Positions 32,636-42,751 of a DNA stretch of 64,000 bases are shown piece after piece (the first letter of the stretch is position 1; every line of letters starts with the position of its first letter). The notes beneath the pieces were generated by a model. It saw nothing but the letters and a program-made list of their open reading frames with translations. It was not told the origin of the DNA and did no database searches. The stretch lies in the NCBI GenBank assembly GCA_021513715.1, contig CP084167.1, positions 2,624,001 through 2,688,000 of the forward strand, written 5' to 3'. The position numbers and the translations under genes were made by a program. The DNA is from Candidatus Heimdallarchaeum endolithica. GTDB lineage: Archaea > Asgardarchaeota > Heimdallarchaeia > Heimdallarchaeales > Heimdallarchaeaceae.

Positions 32636-33562
32636 ATGAATAGTGAAGAAATTCGAGAAATTACTCCTGAAGATATTGACGAAGGAAGAGAACAAAGTGT
32701 TAGAGAAAAAAGAAAAAGAGAAAAAAATCAGAGTAGAATTGAAACTGAAGAAGACAAAGAAGCACAAAAATTAATCGAAGAAAAAAAACTTAGAAAAACT
32801 GTTTACAAGAAAATCATCGTCGATTTAAGGGGAACAAAATTTCATACTGATGAATGGGGAATAAAACTTGACCAACAAAGGCAATCTAAATCAAGACAAT
32901 GGACAAAAGATATGGATACAATTGGTGACGTTAAAATTAACAACAAAGCTTGGGGAAAATTGGGTATAAGAGAAGAAAAATGGAAAAAAGTTGATCCACT
33001 TAAAAAACGTTTTGTGATGAAACTCTTTACTAATAGTTTTTACTGGAGGGGAACAATAGAGTTTCTTCAAGGAGAAAGTGTATTATTATCCTATGTCACA
33101 AATGAAAACTGCCCAGTATACATGTGTAACATCAGTACTAGTTTAAATTTGGTACGTATTAGGCGTCTTCCTCATAAGCCTAGGTTTAGAGGAGAAGTAT
33201 TCGGTTTTGAACTTGTAGATGATAATGGTATACATAATGTATTTATGATTGATGATAAAAGGTTTACACTAGGTTCTGATTGGTATGTTAAAGATGTTCA
33301 CAAGAATATTGTGGCCATTATCAATGGAAAATTCTTCAATGTAGGTGGACGATACGATATTGAAATATATGACAAAAAACTTGCCTCAAATAAAGAATTC
33401 TTCTCTACATTGATTCTATTTGCTTCTACATTACGTTGGCATAAAGACATAAAAAAACTCCTGAAGAAAGTAATGTACGAAATAAGGAGAAAGAATCAAA
33501 CCTTAAAGTTACAAGAAAGTGAAGCAGATTTATACCTTAATCCTCGGAAAATGAACTATTAA
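32636..33562 (+). CDS. Protein with LURP-one/scramblase (Tubby-C-like) domain
   Basis: IDDKRFTLGSDWYV...VAIINGKFFNVGGRYDIEI followed by a hydrophobic helix. Confidence 0.55.
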   Translation: MNSEEIREITPEDIDEGREQSVREKRKREKNQSRIETEEDKEAQKLIEEKKLRKTVYKKIIVDLRGTKFHTDEWGIKLDQQRQSKSRQWTKDMDTIGDVKINNKAWGKLGIREEKWKKVDPLKKRFVMKLFTNSFYWRGTIEFLQGESVLLSYVTNENCPVYMCNISTSLNLVRIRRLPHKPRFRGEVFGFELVDDNGIHNVFMIDDKRFTLGSDWYVKDVHKNIVAIINGKFFNVGGRYDIEIYDKKLASNKEFFSTLILFASTLRWHKDIKKLLKKVMYEIRRKNQTLKLQESEADLYLNPRKMNY

Positions 33563-33960
33563 TATAATCTTTATTATATTATTTTTTTAAGCTCTTTTTC
33601 TAATTCAGGAAGGGTATATTGAACATTTCCTTGAACAAAATATTGTATTTTGTTCATATTAGATGTAGAAGTATAGTTAAATAAGACACGGGTAGTTTTT
33701 CTATTTTCAAAGAAAAGATATGAAGCAGGGTAAACCTCTAGACTTGTTCCTACTGCAATAAGCAGATCGCACTGTCTAGAAGTCTCAAAGGCAGCAGTAT
33801 AAACTTCTTGAGGTAGAAATTCCCCAAAGAGAATAACTTTTGGTTTTAATGGGTTGTTACATTTAGGACATTGAGGAAAAGGTTTCTCGCTAAGATGCTT
33901 TTTTTCATCAACTACTTCTTCATATTGGCACCAAAGACAATGTAACTTACTTGTTGTACC

Positions 33961-34243
33961 ATCAACTTAATTTTTGTACAATATTTTTGTACGCCAATCT
34001 TGCTCTCGGAAAGATCTGTCTAGGAGGGAGATCTAAACACTCATTGAGCCAGAGGAGAAGGTTGAGCACTCTTCCACCGTGGAAACTGGATGAATAAATC
34101 CTCTCACACGGGAAAGTTAAGTCGTATTCAACTTTTCTTTGATTTCTTTCTTTATGCGAATGTTTTTTTTTATCCTGACACGCCGTGCCAGCTTAGAGAG
34201 TAAGTATTTTTCTTAACATCTATCTTTTTTTTTCACTCTCTAC
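33961..34243 (-). ncRNA. Structured RNA inside element 2, candidate omegaRNA-like scaffold
   Basis: Stems 34233-34242/34194-34203 and 34185-34191/34175-34181, plus AAAGUUGA/UUAACUUU, UUCCAC/GUGGAA and AGAUCU/AGAUCU. G-U pairs favour the - strand; starts about 24 nt after a TATA box. Confidence 0.62.
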
Positions 34244-34262
34244 ATTAATAATGTCTTTTCAC

Positions 34263-34270
34263 TATTTAAA
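34263..34270 (-). promoter_or_regulatory. Putative TATA box for the element-2 RNA
   Basis: TTTAAATA on the - strand, at the expected distance from the first hairpin. Confidence 0.55.
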
Positions 34271-34788
34271 CACCAATTTTTTAATTTGACAAAAATGTAC
34301 AAAAAAGCTCTTCATGAATCTCAAAAACATTTTTTGTGTTTGCTTTCTGATGTAAGGCATCTATATTTTGTGTGGCTACAAAAACCTTCTCTTCTCCTAA
34401 CATTTTTGTATGTTTGATATTGCATAATGAGCTTCGTTTGGTTCTGCAGATTTAATAATGGAAAAAGCTTCTAAAAAAAATTCCCAAACCCTTTCCGGAT
34501 TCTTTCTAAAAGCACTTATAGTGCCATATTTATTAGGGTCAAATTTTTGCCATATTCCATTCGGCGAACGAAAATCTGGAATCCCGCTAGGTGTACTAAT
34601 ACCTGCGCCAGTAAAGAAAAGAATCTTTTCAGCATTTTTTGCTAATGTAGCTATATTGCTAATTTCACTTTTACTATTCATTAAATTACATTTAATTCTT
34701 GAGGTAAAAAATATTCTTGCTCTACCTTCTAACTAAATATTCTGAGGTAAAAAACAATATAATAATCTCTTTTTCTATATATTTCAAT

Positions 34789-35049
34789 CTATTTTTTTGT
34801 AGGGGCTGTAAGTAGTTTCTTATAGAGTTTTCTGTCTAATAATTCTCCTCCGACACTTAAGTAGTTTGAAATGAGCTTATCGCTTGTTTTTCTACTTATA
34901 CATGCTTCTTCTGTAAACTTTTTGGATAAAAACTTTGTAACATGTCTTTTTCTTCTATCCATTGATCTGAAATACCAGAATAATTTGATTTTGACAATAA
35001 TAAAGAAAAAAAAAGCCAAAGGTGCATCTAATATTACTCTTAGCTTCAT
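34789..35049 (-). CDS. Small hypothetical basic membrane protein
   Basis: Abuts the upstream ORF; has a GGTGA SD. Confidence 0.55.
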   Translation of the reverse strand: MKLRVILDAPLAFFFFIIVKIKLFWYFRSMDRRKRHVTKFLSKKFTEEACISRKTSDKLISNYLSVGGELLDRKLYKKLLTAPTKK

Positions 35050-35382
35050 TTATTCACCTTTGCCATTCTTTAGGAAAGCAATCATTTTGTTCAAATTTCC
35101 TGAGAATTCTAAAACTATTTTTTCTACAGTTTCTTTGGAAATTCCTTCATTTAGTAGTTTTTGATAAACTCTTATTACTGCATCAGCATAATTTTCTGCT
35201 ACATCTACATTGTATATTGAACCTAATAACTGTTCTACTATTGTTCCTATTTCACCTGAAAGAACTTTCAAGAACTCTTTTGTTTGGGTTTTGTCGTCAA
35301 TGCTTTTTTTTTCTTTATCTAGCGCATAATCATTGATATGATTCTTTCCATTCGTCGAAGAGTTTCGTTCTTTCGCCATCAA
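35050..35382 (-). CDS. Hypothetical protein
   Basis: 110-aa ORF, translationally coupled to the next gene. Confidence 0.6.
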   Translation of the reverse strand: MMAKERNSSTNGKNHINDYALDKEKKSIDDKTQTKEFLKVLSGEIGTIVEQLLGSIYNVDVAENYADAVIRVYQKLLNEGISKETVEKIVLEFSGNLNKMIAFLKNGKGE

Positions 35383-35580
35383 ATCACACTCTACGATTAC
35401 ATCGAGTTTTCATTTAAAACCTTTTCCTAAGTCCTTTATCTCTGTAAAAACATTGTTCAACAAATAAAGTCTAATAAAATCATATGATTCTTCAATTAAA
35501 ACAATCAATTTTTAAATGAACTTTTTGAGACTCAGAAAAGTATAAAATAGAAAGAAATAGAAGAAAAATCAATTTTACAT

Positions 35581-36252
35581 TTACTGAGCTTCTTGTGGAA
35601 CAACTTGTTTTTCAGATTTAGATAATTGTATTGTTCCATAAATAAAGCGTTGGATAACTGTTATTACACATAATCCTGTTAATATCATGTATCCAATATA
35701 GAAGTAAGTCCCATGAGAAAATTCACCTATTGTGAAGAATGGGTTGTCCTTAAAGCTTGGGATAAACAAGGAAATTACCATCAGAAAGAACAAAAATAGT
35801 AATCTTTCACTTCTTTCCATTAAGCCTACAGCCATTTTTTCTATACCAATACTTTCTCCTTTTGCACGAATATAGCTTATAAGTAAGGTGGAGGTAACCA
35901 TTATTATTCCTGTTACTAGATCTACATGAATACTAAGTGCAACCCCTCCAAAGATAGCTAAATCGCTTATTCTATCAACAATACTATCCAGAAAACCACC
36001 TTTTCTAGTTGCAAGTCCCCTATATCTGGCCACTCCTCCATCCAAAAAGTCCATAGCTGCGCCAACCATTAGCAAAATTACAGCAGTAAGAAAATTGTCT
36101 AAATAAATGAACACCCCTGCAGCAATAGACAATAATACTCCTAAATAAGTGAAGACATTAGGGTGAATCCCTAGTTTTCCAAAAAAGACAACAATTGGCA
36201 TTAGTATTTTAGTGACAGGTTCTCGTATTTGACTTGATACCATAATCTTCAT
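35581..36252 (-). CDS. pgsA: CDP-alcohol phosphatidyltransferase (archaetidylinositol-phosphate synthase-like)
   Basis: DFLDGGVAR...GGFLDSIVDRISD signature; SYIRAKGE; GLMERSER. Confidence 0.9.
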   Translation of the reverse strand: MKIMVSSQIREPVTKILMPIVVFFGKLGIHPNVFTYLGVLLSIAAGVFIYLDNFLTAVILLMVGAAMDFLDGGVARYRGLATRKGGFLDSIVDRISDLAIFGGVALSIHVDLVTGIIMVTSTLLISYIRAKGESIGIEKMAVGLMERSERLLFLFFLMVISLFIPSFKDNPFFTIGEFSHGTYFYIGYMILTGLCVITVIQRFIYGTIQLSKSEKQVVPQEAQ

Positions 36253-36380
36253 ATTTCGTTAGGGAGAGTGTCAATTTAAACTTATCGCAATAATACATCA
36301 TCCTTTTTTTTTCTCTCTGTAATACACAATATTACATAACTACTAATATCTGCCGACAAAAAATATGTTCGGGGAAAAAG

Positions 36381-36746
36381 ATGAGAGAAGAGTTAACCGA
36401 TTCAGAAATTAGTAATTTTTTACAGAGATATGGAAAAGTCCGTCCCTTATTGTTGCCTAAGCAGAAACTTAGTAGTAGTATTTTACCTTATGAGGTAGAA
36501 AATGAAAATCAAAAATTTGCAGTTTTTGTGTATAATTGGAAAAAAAGTATAGGTACGGATGTGCTTATTAGACTAGAAGACAAAGTTTCTGATTTGGAAA
36601 AAAAATATGATGGAATCATAGTTATCGGAAAGAAATTTAGCGTAAATGCACGAGATATTGTGAATGATATAAACAGGAGAGGAAAAAAACCTTTAATCTT
36701 GATTAAACGTTCAGAAATATCTATGATTTTGGAATCAGTAAGATAA
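36381..36746 (+). CDS. Small degenerate Mrr/restriction-endonuclease-fold protein
   Basis: NWKKSIGTDVL...GIIVIGKKFSVNAR resembles Mrr_cat, but the catalytic D/QxK residues are not evident. Confidence 0.5.
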   Translation: MREELTDSEISNFLQRYGKVRPLLLPKQKLSSSILPYEVENENQKFAVFVYNWKKSIGTDVLIRLEDKVSDLEKKYDGIIVIGKKFSVNARDIVNDINRRGKKPLILIKRSEISMILESVR

Positions 36747-36786
36747 AAAAAAAACAAGTATTTTCTAAAAAAGAAAGAAAGGCCTA

Positions 36787-37077
36787 TTATTGCCTTTTTC
36801 TGAGTTCTAATTTATCTTTGTCTCCTTTTTCCTCTTTTTCGTCTGAAGAATACTTTGTCTGAGTATATACTGATTTTTGTACAATGAGCATTATTCCTAA
36901 TCCTAAAACTCCTAGTGAAATAAAGAATAAAATGTCTATAGATGTTGCTTGAGAAATAATAAGTAGAACAACACCCAATAGTGCAATTGAATAAGATACT
37001 ATGTTATAAATCAAATTTTTCCTTTTCTTCTTTTCTTGTTCCTCTGAAATATTATTCTGTTCTTTAGACTTCATCAA
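36787..37077 (-). CDS. Small two-TM membrane protein
   Basis: Two hydrophobic helices with charged termini. Confidence 0.65.
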   Translation of the reverse strand: MMKSKEQNNISEEQEKKKRKNLIYNIVSYSIALLGVVLLIISQATSIDILFFISLGVLGLGIMLIVQKSVYTQTKYSSDEKEEKGDKDKLELRKRQ

Positions 37078-37215
37078 CTTTTACCATTATTCTAATTTTA
37101 AAAGTATTTCTTAATATATTCAAAAATAAAAATTTAATAAGATTCAGTTTCTAAGTTGGTTTATGTTTGTTTTTTAAGAAAAATATAATTGATAAATATA
37201 AGAAAAAAAATGTAT

Positions 37216-37599
37216 CTATCCAAAATCATAAACCCAGTTCGTTTCAGGAATGTAAAGCATGTTTAAGATAAGTGTCCACACAGCTATAGTAACAATAAAG
37301 AACTGAAAGATTGCAGAAGTATAAAACGATCTGGCTTTAAGTCCAGTATTTTTATTTCTATAGATTAAAAACCAAACTGATGATAGTAACAGAAATACTC
37401 CAAGTAATGTAAGTCCTGCTGGCCAGTTTCTAAAATTAGTTACACCGAAAATTATTCCAGTAACTATCCCTACTAACACTTTAGAATAGTACATTTTGTT
37501 CGTTAAAGGCATTTCTTTAATTTTTTCTAACCAGTTGACGGGATTCAAATTATTTTTAACTTTATCCTTAATTTTGTTCATATCAATATTCAAACTCAT
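37216..37599 (-). CDS. Rab5ip/EMC6-like three-TM membrane protein
   Basis: YYSKVLVGIVTGIIFG...FYTSAIFQFFIVTIAVWTLILN fits the EMC6/RAB5IF pattern. Confidence 0.65.
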   Translation of the reverse strand: MSLNIDMNKIKDKVKNNLNPVNWLEKIKEMPLTNKMYYSKVLVGIVTGIIFGVTNFRNWPAGLTLLGVFLLLSSVWFLIYRNKNTGLKARSFYTSAIFQFFIVTIAVWTLILNMLYIPETNWVYDFG

Positions 37600-37615
37600 T
37601 CACCCAGGTGTTAAT

Positions 37616-39631
37616 ATGAAATCATCATTAACTTCATTAGATATTAATTGTCTTGTTGAGGAACTGAGGCCCGAAATTATCGGTAGTTGGCTCAATAACG
37701 TCTATAACATTGGAGAGAAATTACTTATTTTAAAGTTTCGAAAGTCAAGCAAAATTAATTTTGAGCTAGTTATTGAGTTGGGGAAGAGGTTTCATATAAC
37801 AAAATATGCTAGAAGTAAACCTCCTGCACCTAACAACAAAGTAGCAATGATGCGAAAACACATAAAAGGACTGCCAGTTGATGACTTTTATCAAGTAGGT
37901 TTAGATAGAATTGTAGTATTTGAAATAGCTTACAAAGATTCGCACTATAAGCTAGTAATTGAGCTATTTGGAGAAGGAAATTATATTTTGGTTGATCCCA
38001 ATAATAGAATACTTCTTGCACAAACACATAGGAAAATGAGAGATAGAGATATTCATCCAGGAAAAGAGTTTCTCTTACCCCCTCAAAGAGAAAAGGATAT
38101 CACTTCACTTACTAAAGAAGATATATTAGAAGCTATTTCTAGTGAAGAGGAAAAGATTATTCCCATCCTCAATAAACTTCTAGGATTAGGACCAAAATAT
38201 TCAAAGAATATTCTGGAGAAAGCAGAAATTAATAGCACAACTACAACAAAGTTAAGTTCTAATGAAAAAGAGGCCCTTATAAGAGAAATACTAGAATTGA
38301 AGAAAATAATAGAAGAAAAGAGATATTCGCCCGTTGAATATTTTGATGGTGAAGAAGTAGTTGATATATCGCCTATTCCATTAGTGAAATATAACGATTT
38401 AGAAGAGAAAAAATTGGATTCATTCAATGATGCGCTCGATGACTTTTTTACAGAAAATGAAGAAACACCAGAATTCGAAAAAACTGAAGGAAAGATAAGA
38501 ACCACTCAATCAAAACATGAAAAAATTCTACAAAATCAAATTGAGCATAAGAAAAAACTCGAATTACAAGAAGAGCTAGAAAAGAAAAAAGGAGATTTGT
38601 TATATTCTCACTTTGCACTAGTGGATGAATTGCTAAATACCATTATTAATGCGAGGAAAAACAATATTCCTTGGTCCGAGATAGAGAAAAAAATGGAAGA
38701 AGCTAAAAATAAGAAAATTCCTGCAGCGTTAATCTTACATAAAATTAACCCAAAAACAAAGGAAGTATGGGTGAATTTAGAAGATCTGGAAACTGGAGAA
38801 AAAGAGATTATTGTTCTAGATTTTACTCTCTCTGTGGCTGATAATGCTAATAAGTTTTATGAAAAAAGTAAAAAAGCAAGGAGAAAAATACCAGGAGCTA
38901 TTCAAGCAATAGAACGAACAAAACAACAGATTGAAAAAATGAAAGAAAAAGGAGAGCAACTTCTTACTGAAAAAGAAACTAGAAAAAAGGTTGAAAAACG
39001 ACCAAAACGATGGTACGAGAAGTTTCACTGGTTTTTATGTGATGGTACTGTAGTCGTTGGAGGAAAAGATGCTAAATCCAACGAAAGATTACTAAAAACT
39101 TATCTAGACGATGATGACCTTTTTTTCCATGCAGATGTGCATGGAGCCCCTTATGTAATAGCAAAGGAAGGTAAAAAGAAACTCTCTGATGAATGCGTTA
39201 AAGAAATAGCCTCCTTTGCTTTATCGTTCTCAAGTTTGTGGAAGGCAAAAAAACTAGTGGGCGATGTATATTACGTAGATCCTGAACAAGTGAGCTTAAG
39301 TGCTCCTTCTGGACAATACTTGGCAAAAGGGAGTGTAATGATATATGGAGAAAAGAATTATGTTAAGAATGTAGAAATCAATCATGTTTTGGGATTAATC
39401 ATTCATGAAAATTACGCTCAAGTAATTGGAGGACCTATGAAAAGTGTTGAAAATAAAACGAACTTAATAATAAGATTAAAACCTGGTGAAATAAGTAAAG
39501 GAAAGATAGCAAAAATAATAAAACAGAAGTTTATTAAGATGTGCCCAGAAGAAGATAAATACAAAATTGAAGCTCTTGATATTAATGAAGTAATGGACTT
39601 CATTCCTGGAGATTCAGAGATAATAGAATAA
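37616..39631 (+). CDS. rqcH: Ribosome quality-control factor Rqc2/NEMF (NFACT family)
   Basis: MKSSLTSLDI start, LDRIV, ELFGEGN, WYEKFHWF, GGKDAKSNE and FHADVHGAP motifs. Start ATG 37616 after AGGTG. Confidence 0.92.
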   Translation: MKSSLTSLDINCLVEELRPEIIGSWLNNVYNIGEKLLILKFRKSSKINFELVIELGKRFHITKYARSKPPAPNNKVAMMRKHIKGLPVDDFYQVGLDRIVVFEIAYKDSHYKLVIELFGEGNYILVDPNNRILLAQTHRKMRDRDIHPGKEFLLPPQREKDITSLTKEDILEAISSEEEKIIPILNKLLGLGPKYSKNILEKAEINSTTTTKLSSNEKEALIREILELKKIIEEKRYSPVEYFDGEEVVDISPIPLVKYNDLEEKKLDSFNDALDDFFTENEETPEFEKTEGKIRTTQSKHEKILQNQIEHKKKLELQEELEKKKGDLLYSHFALVDELLNTIINARKNNIPWSEIEKKMEEAKNKKIPAALILHKINPKTKEVWVNLEDLETGEKEIIVLDFTLSVADNANKFYEKSKKARRKIPGAIQAIERTKQQIEKMKEKGEQLLTEKETRKKVEKRPKRWYEKFHWFLCDGTVVVGGKDAKSNERLLKTYLDDDDLFFHADVHGAPYVIAKEGKKKLSDECVKEIASFALSFSSLWKAKKLVGDVYYVDPEQVSLSAPSGQYLAKGSVMIYGEKNYVKNVEINHVLGLIIHENYAQVIGGPMKSVENKTNLIIRLKPGEISKGKIAKIIKQKFIKMCPEEDKYKIEALDINEVMDFIPGDSEIIE

Positions 39632-39853
39632 TAATTGTTTAGAACAGAAGACGTGTTAAGAAAATTAGATTAGAATATATCTATTTCCTATCAAATTTCA
39701 TCTCTTTTTTTGTAAAACTTTTTAGATTTAATTGAGATTTTATGTATTAAATCCAAAAACAAGTATAAAATATTGCTAAATATGTTTTAACTAAAAAACA
39801 GACAATATGTTGTAGATATTACATGAGATTAAAATTATTATTCGAATAATTAG

Positions 39854-41137
39854 TTGGTGAGTCCAATCACTCAAAAGAAGAAATGCCCTGTATGTGGATA
39901 TGTGACAAAAGATAATCGTTTAATGAATTGTCCTAATTGTGGTACAGAACTTATTCTAGACGTTGTTCTTCCAAACTTGAATGTTCAGGATTCTTTTTTT
40001 GATACTCAAATAAATGAGTTAAAGGAAGAGCAGTTAGGTCTCAGTGCAAGTAACAAAAAAATAGATCAACAAGCTTGGCAAATAATGGATCAAGAGGGAG
40101 GAATAACACAGTATCCTCTATTTGTGAAAAAAGAAGTAAATTTGTACCCAACAATCCAAATACCTAGAATTTCATTTAACTTTTTTAGACAATATAGAGT
40201 CGTCAACATAGTTTTGATTTCTATACTTTCATTGTTACAATCAGGTTCTTTTCTTTTTTTAATATCAAGTCTGCATGCTCTTTTGTATCAAATTAATTCA
40301 ACAAAGGTTGTTTCTGTTGTTCCATTATTAATAACTGGACTAGTTTTTTATTTTCTAGTTTCTTATTTACAATTGAGATTTATCCTATATCTAAAACAGA
40401 AAAACTTTCCAGAAAGGAAATTAAAGCAAAATTTTTCTTTTGTTAGTTTTGCCTTGATTAATGCTATTCAATTATTCTTTTCCATTATGGTGTTAGGAGT
40501 AGTTTTTATAATAATGAGGAATTCTGAAGTAAATATTGAAAGATCAATTGTTTCACAACTTATACTTGGATTGGGACTTTTAATATTAGCACCATTTTTA
40601 TTAGTCTTTAGAATAGCTAAAATGTTAAGTTTAATGAGAAAGACTGGTCTCTTTCAAAACATATATGATTCATTTCAATTTTCAAAATTCTCATTAAGGA
40701 GAGGGTATGGAATTCTCTTTTTAAGTATATTATTACCTACTTTCATAGTTACTCTTGCAATAGAATCTGTGACTAGATGTTTATCTTTTCTTTTCAGTAT
40801 ATCTGATCACACAGGAACGACCTTAAATGTAGTCATTAGTATATTTTTGCTTTTGTCAATATCTGTATTATTTACTATTTCAAATAGTGAAGACCTTGAT
40901 ATTTTATCTATTTATGAATCATTTCTATTTTCCTTTTCTGTTCCACCTATAATAACTTGGATAAATAAGGAAGCTAAAATGGAAAGTTTGAAAGAGGAAA
41001 AACCAGAGTTTGAAGATTTATTTAATCTAGACAATGTTGACGCTTTAACCGAAGTAAGATACTGCCCTGTCTGTTCCACTAAATTACCAGAAGATGTTGA
41101 TTATTGTGTAAATTGTGGTCATCCTTTGAGAGAATGA
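39854..41137 (+). CDS. Multi-TM protein with zinc ribbons at both termini
   Basis: CPVCG...CPNCG at the N-terminus; CPVC...CVNCG at the C-terminus; about six TM helices. Confidence 0.7.
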   Translation: MVSPITQKKKCPVCGYVTKDNRLMNCPNCGTELILDVVLPNLNVQDSFFDTQINELKEEQLGLSASNKKIDQQAWQIMDQEGGITQYPLFVKKEVNLYPTIQIPRISFNFFRQYRVVNIVLISILSLLQSGSFLFLISSLHALLYQINSTKVVSVVPLLITGLVFYFLVSYLQLRFILYLKQKNFPERKLKQNFSFVSFALINAIQLFFSIMVLGVVFIIMRNSEVNIERSIVSQLILGLGLLILAPFLLVFRIAKMLSLMRKTGLFQNIYDSFQFSKFSLRRGYGILFLSILLPTFIVTLAIESVTRCLSFLFSISDHTGTTLNVVISIFLLLSISVLFTISNSEDLDILSIYESFLFSFSVPPIITWINKEAKMESLKEEKPEFEDLFNLDNVDALTEVRYCPVCSTKLPEDVDYCVNCGHPLRE

Positions 41138-41166
41138 GAAAAGGATAGAATAAAATGAAATTCTCT

Positions 41167-41904
41167 TTACTTGACTTTTTGTACAAGCTGTTTTAGAATG
41201 GCTTGTATTGTTTCTATTTTTCCTTCTAGTTTCTCTACTTTTTTAACAAGTTTCTTGAATTCTTCCGCTGATACTGCTACTTCTCCAGAAGATGGTTCCA
41301 TCATCGATTCTTTTATATCTATAATTCCTGGTGTAAGGTCTTTTTTCTTTGTTATTTTGACGTTATTTGCTTCAAGGAGTGTATAAGCTAAGAAATCAAA
41401 CGTTTCTTGTATATTTTGTCCTGTTAATGCAGATGTTTCACTATAATAGAAGTTTATTCCAGTTTCTGTCATTAACCTTTGACAAAACTCTAAAGCCATT
41501 TTTTGTGATACTCTTCTGTTTTCTGAAGGAAGATCGATTTTGTTAGCTATTACAAAATAAACTAAGATACCAGAGTTTGATCCTTCAATACTTTCTTCCA
41601 GCCATGTTCGTAGATTAGTCATTGTTTGTTGATCCTGGATATCAAATACTAACAAAGCAGCTATAGCTCCTTTATAGAAAGTTGATCTAACTGCTGAATA
41701 ACTATCTTGTCCTGCAAGATCCCATATTTGAAAAGTGATTTCATTGTCTTCTAGTTTTACTTTTTTTGAAGCGAAGTCTGCTCCAATTGTTTTAAGATAA
41801 TCTCCAGAAAATCCTTTTCCCATGTATCTTTCTCTAATAGATGTTTTTCCTACTGCCCCATCTCCAGCCAACACAATTTTAAAATTCCATTTTTTTCCTG
41901 TCAA
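41167..41904 (-). CDS. Rab-like small GTPase with C-terminal coiled coil
   Basis: GDGAVGKT, TIGADF, WDLAGQ, NKID and ETSA motifs; no C-terminal Cys. Confidence 0.92.
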   Translation of the reverse strand: MTGKKWNFKIVLAGDGAVGKTSIRERYMGKGFSGDYLKTIGADFASKKVKLEDNEITFQIWDLAGQDSYSAVRSTFYKGAIAALLVFDIQDQQTMTNLRTWLEESIEGSNSGILVYFVIANKIDLPSENRRVSQKMALEFCQRLMTETGINFYYSETSALTGQNIQETFDFLAYTLLEANNVKITKKKDLTPGIIDIKESMMEPSSGEVAVSAEEFKKLVKKVEKLEGKIETIQAILKQLVQKVK

Positions 41905-41914
41905 GATTTCACCT

Positions 41915-42595
41915 TTATTGTTTATATTTAGCTAGTTCTTCTTCTAGCTCTTCTATCCTTCTTTGAGCTTCTAATAATCTCTTTTGGAATGTTTCGCCTA
42001 CTTCCTGCTGTGTTTTTTCAAAGTGTGCTTTTGCTTCTTCTAGTTCTTTCCTCATTTTATCTCTTTCTTCTCTAGCTTTCTTTATTTCTTCACTCTCACG
42101 AACTGTTTGAACAGCTTTTTTGAGCAAAGTTTCCAGATCATCTTTTGAAACATCGAAATTTGAAGAGGTGAGCATTTTTAGGGCATTAAACTCATCAGCA
42201 GAGATTGTAGGTCTACTTTTCATTAAGTCCTCTACCTTTTCTTGTAAAGCTTTTTTCTCTATGAGTAAATCAGAAACTTGTGCTTTCAGTTCTCTATTTT
42301 CTTCACTTAATTGAGTAGAATTTTGTGTTTCTATATCGAGTGATCTTCGAAGATGTTCAATTTCATCTGAACCTTCTCCTAATTGTTTAATATATCGTGC
42401 TAACATAACTATATATTCACGTAGAAGGGGGTGAATTATATTCCAATATTGATGAATTTCTCGTTCAATGTCTGTTAGCCTTGGGTCTTTCATATCTGGT
42501 GGAAGTTTTACAAAAACTGGGCTTTCAACATTAACTTGGGGCTGATACTCAGGAATGTAATTGTAGATTGTTTCTCCTTTATATTTTTTAAACAT
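41915..42595 (-). CDS. Coiled-coil hypothetical protein
   Basis: Heptad E/K/L-rich pattern; ends 10 nt upstream of the GTPase. Confidence 0.7.
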   Translation of the reverse strand: MFKKYKGETIYNYIPEYQPQVNVESPVFVKLPPDMKDPRLTDIEREIHQYWNIIHPLLREYIVMLARYIKQLGEGSDEIEHLRRSLDIETQNSTQLSEENRELKAQVSDLLIEKKALQEKVEDLMKSRPTISADEFNALKMLTSSNFDVSKDDLETLLKKAVQTVRESEEIKKAREERDKMRKELEEAKAHFEKTQQEVGETFQKRLLEAQRRIEELEEELAKYKQ

Positions 42596-42751
42596 AGTTT
42601 AACCTCACTTTTTTAATCAATTATATGTATCACTTCCATTTAATAAAAGTTTTATGTCAAAGGAAATAATTAATGAACGTTAGATTAAGAATGTTTTTTA
42701 AAGTTAGTTAGTAATTCTAAGTAGGCCTAAATAATTTACAAATCTACGATT

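Larger units (their letters stand above)
33961..34313 (-). mobile_element. Non-coding AT-core mini-element 2 (353 bp)
   Basis: Empty site GAG ATT CAT GGT ACA is restored exactly; inverted TTTTTGTACA motifs, two per end, with the outer copy 8 nt from the AT on each side. Confidence 0.9.
33574..34681 (-). pseudogene. cobB: Sir2/CobB NAD-dependent deacylase, split by element 2 and by a -1 frameshift
   Basis: TGAGIS..SGIPDFRS, TQNIDALH, EIH|G, CLWC/CPKC and VGTSL motifs. Reconstructs to 251 aa after removing 33961-34313 and adding one base at 34403-34407. Confidence 0.92.

Noticed and set aside
34193-34219. Mini-ORF MLRKILTL as a tnpB start remnant
   Set aside because: Only 8 codons, and it lies within the loop and 3' arm of the first RNA hairpin.
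37496-37615. N-terminal extension of Rqc2 given by the ORF track
   Set aside because: It overlaps the opposite-strand membrane gene; the family-typical start and an SD are at 37616.
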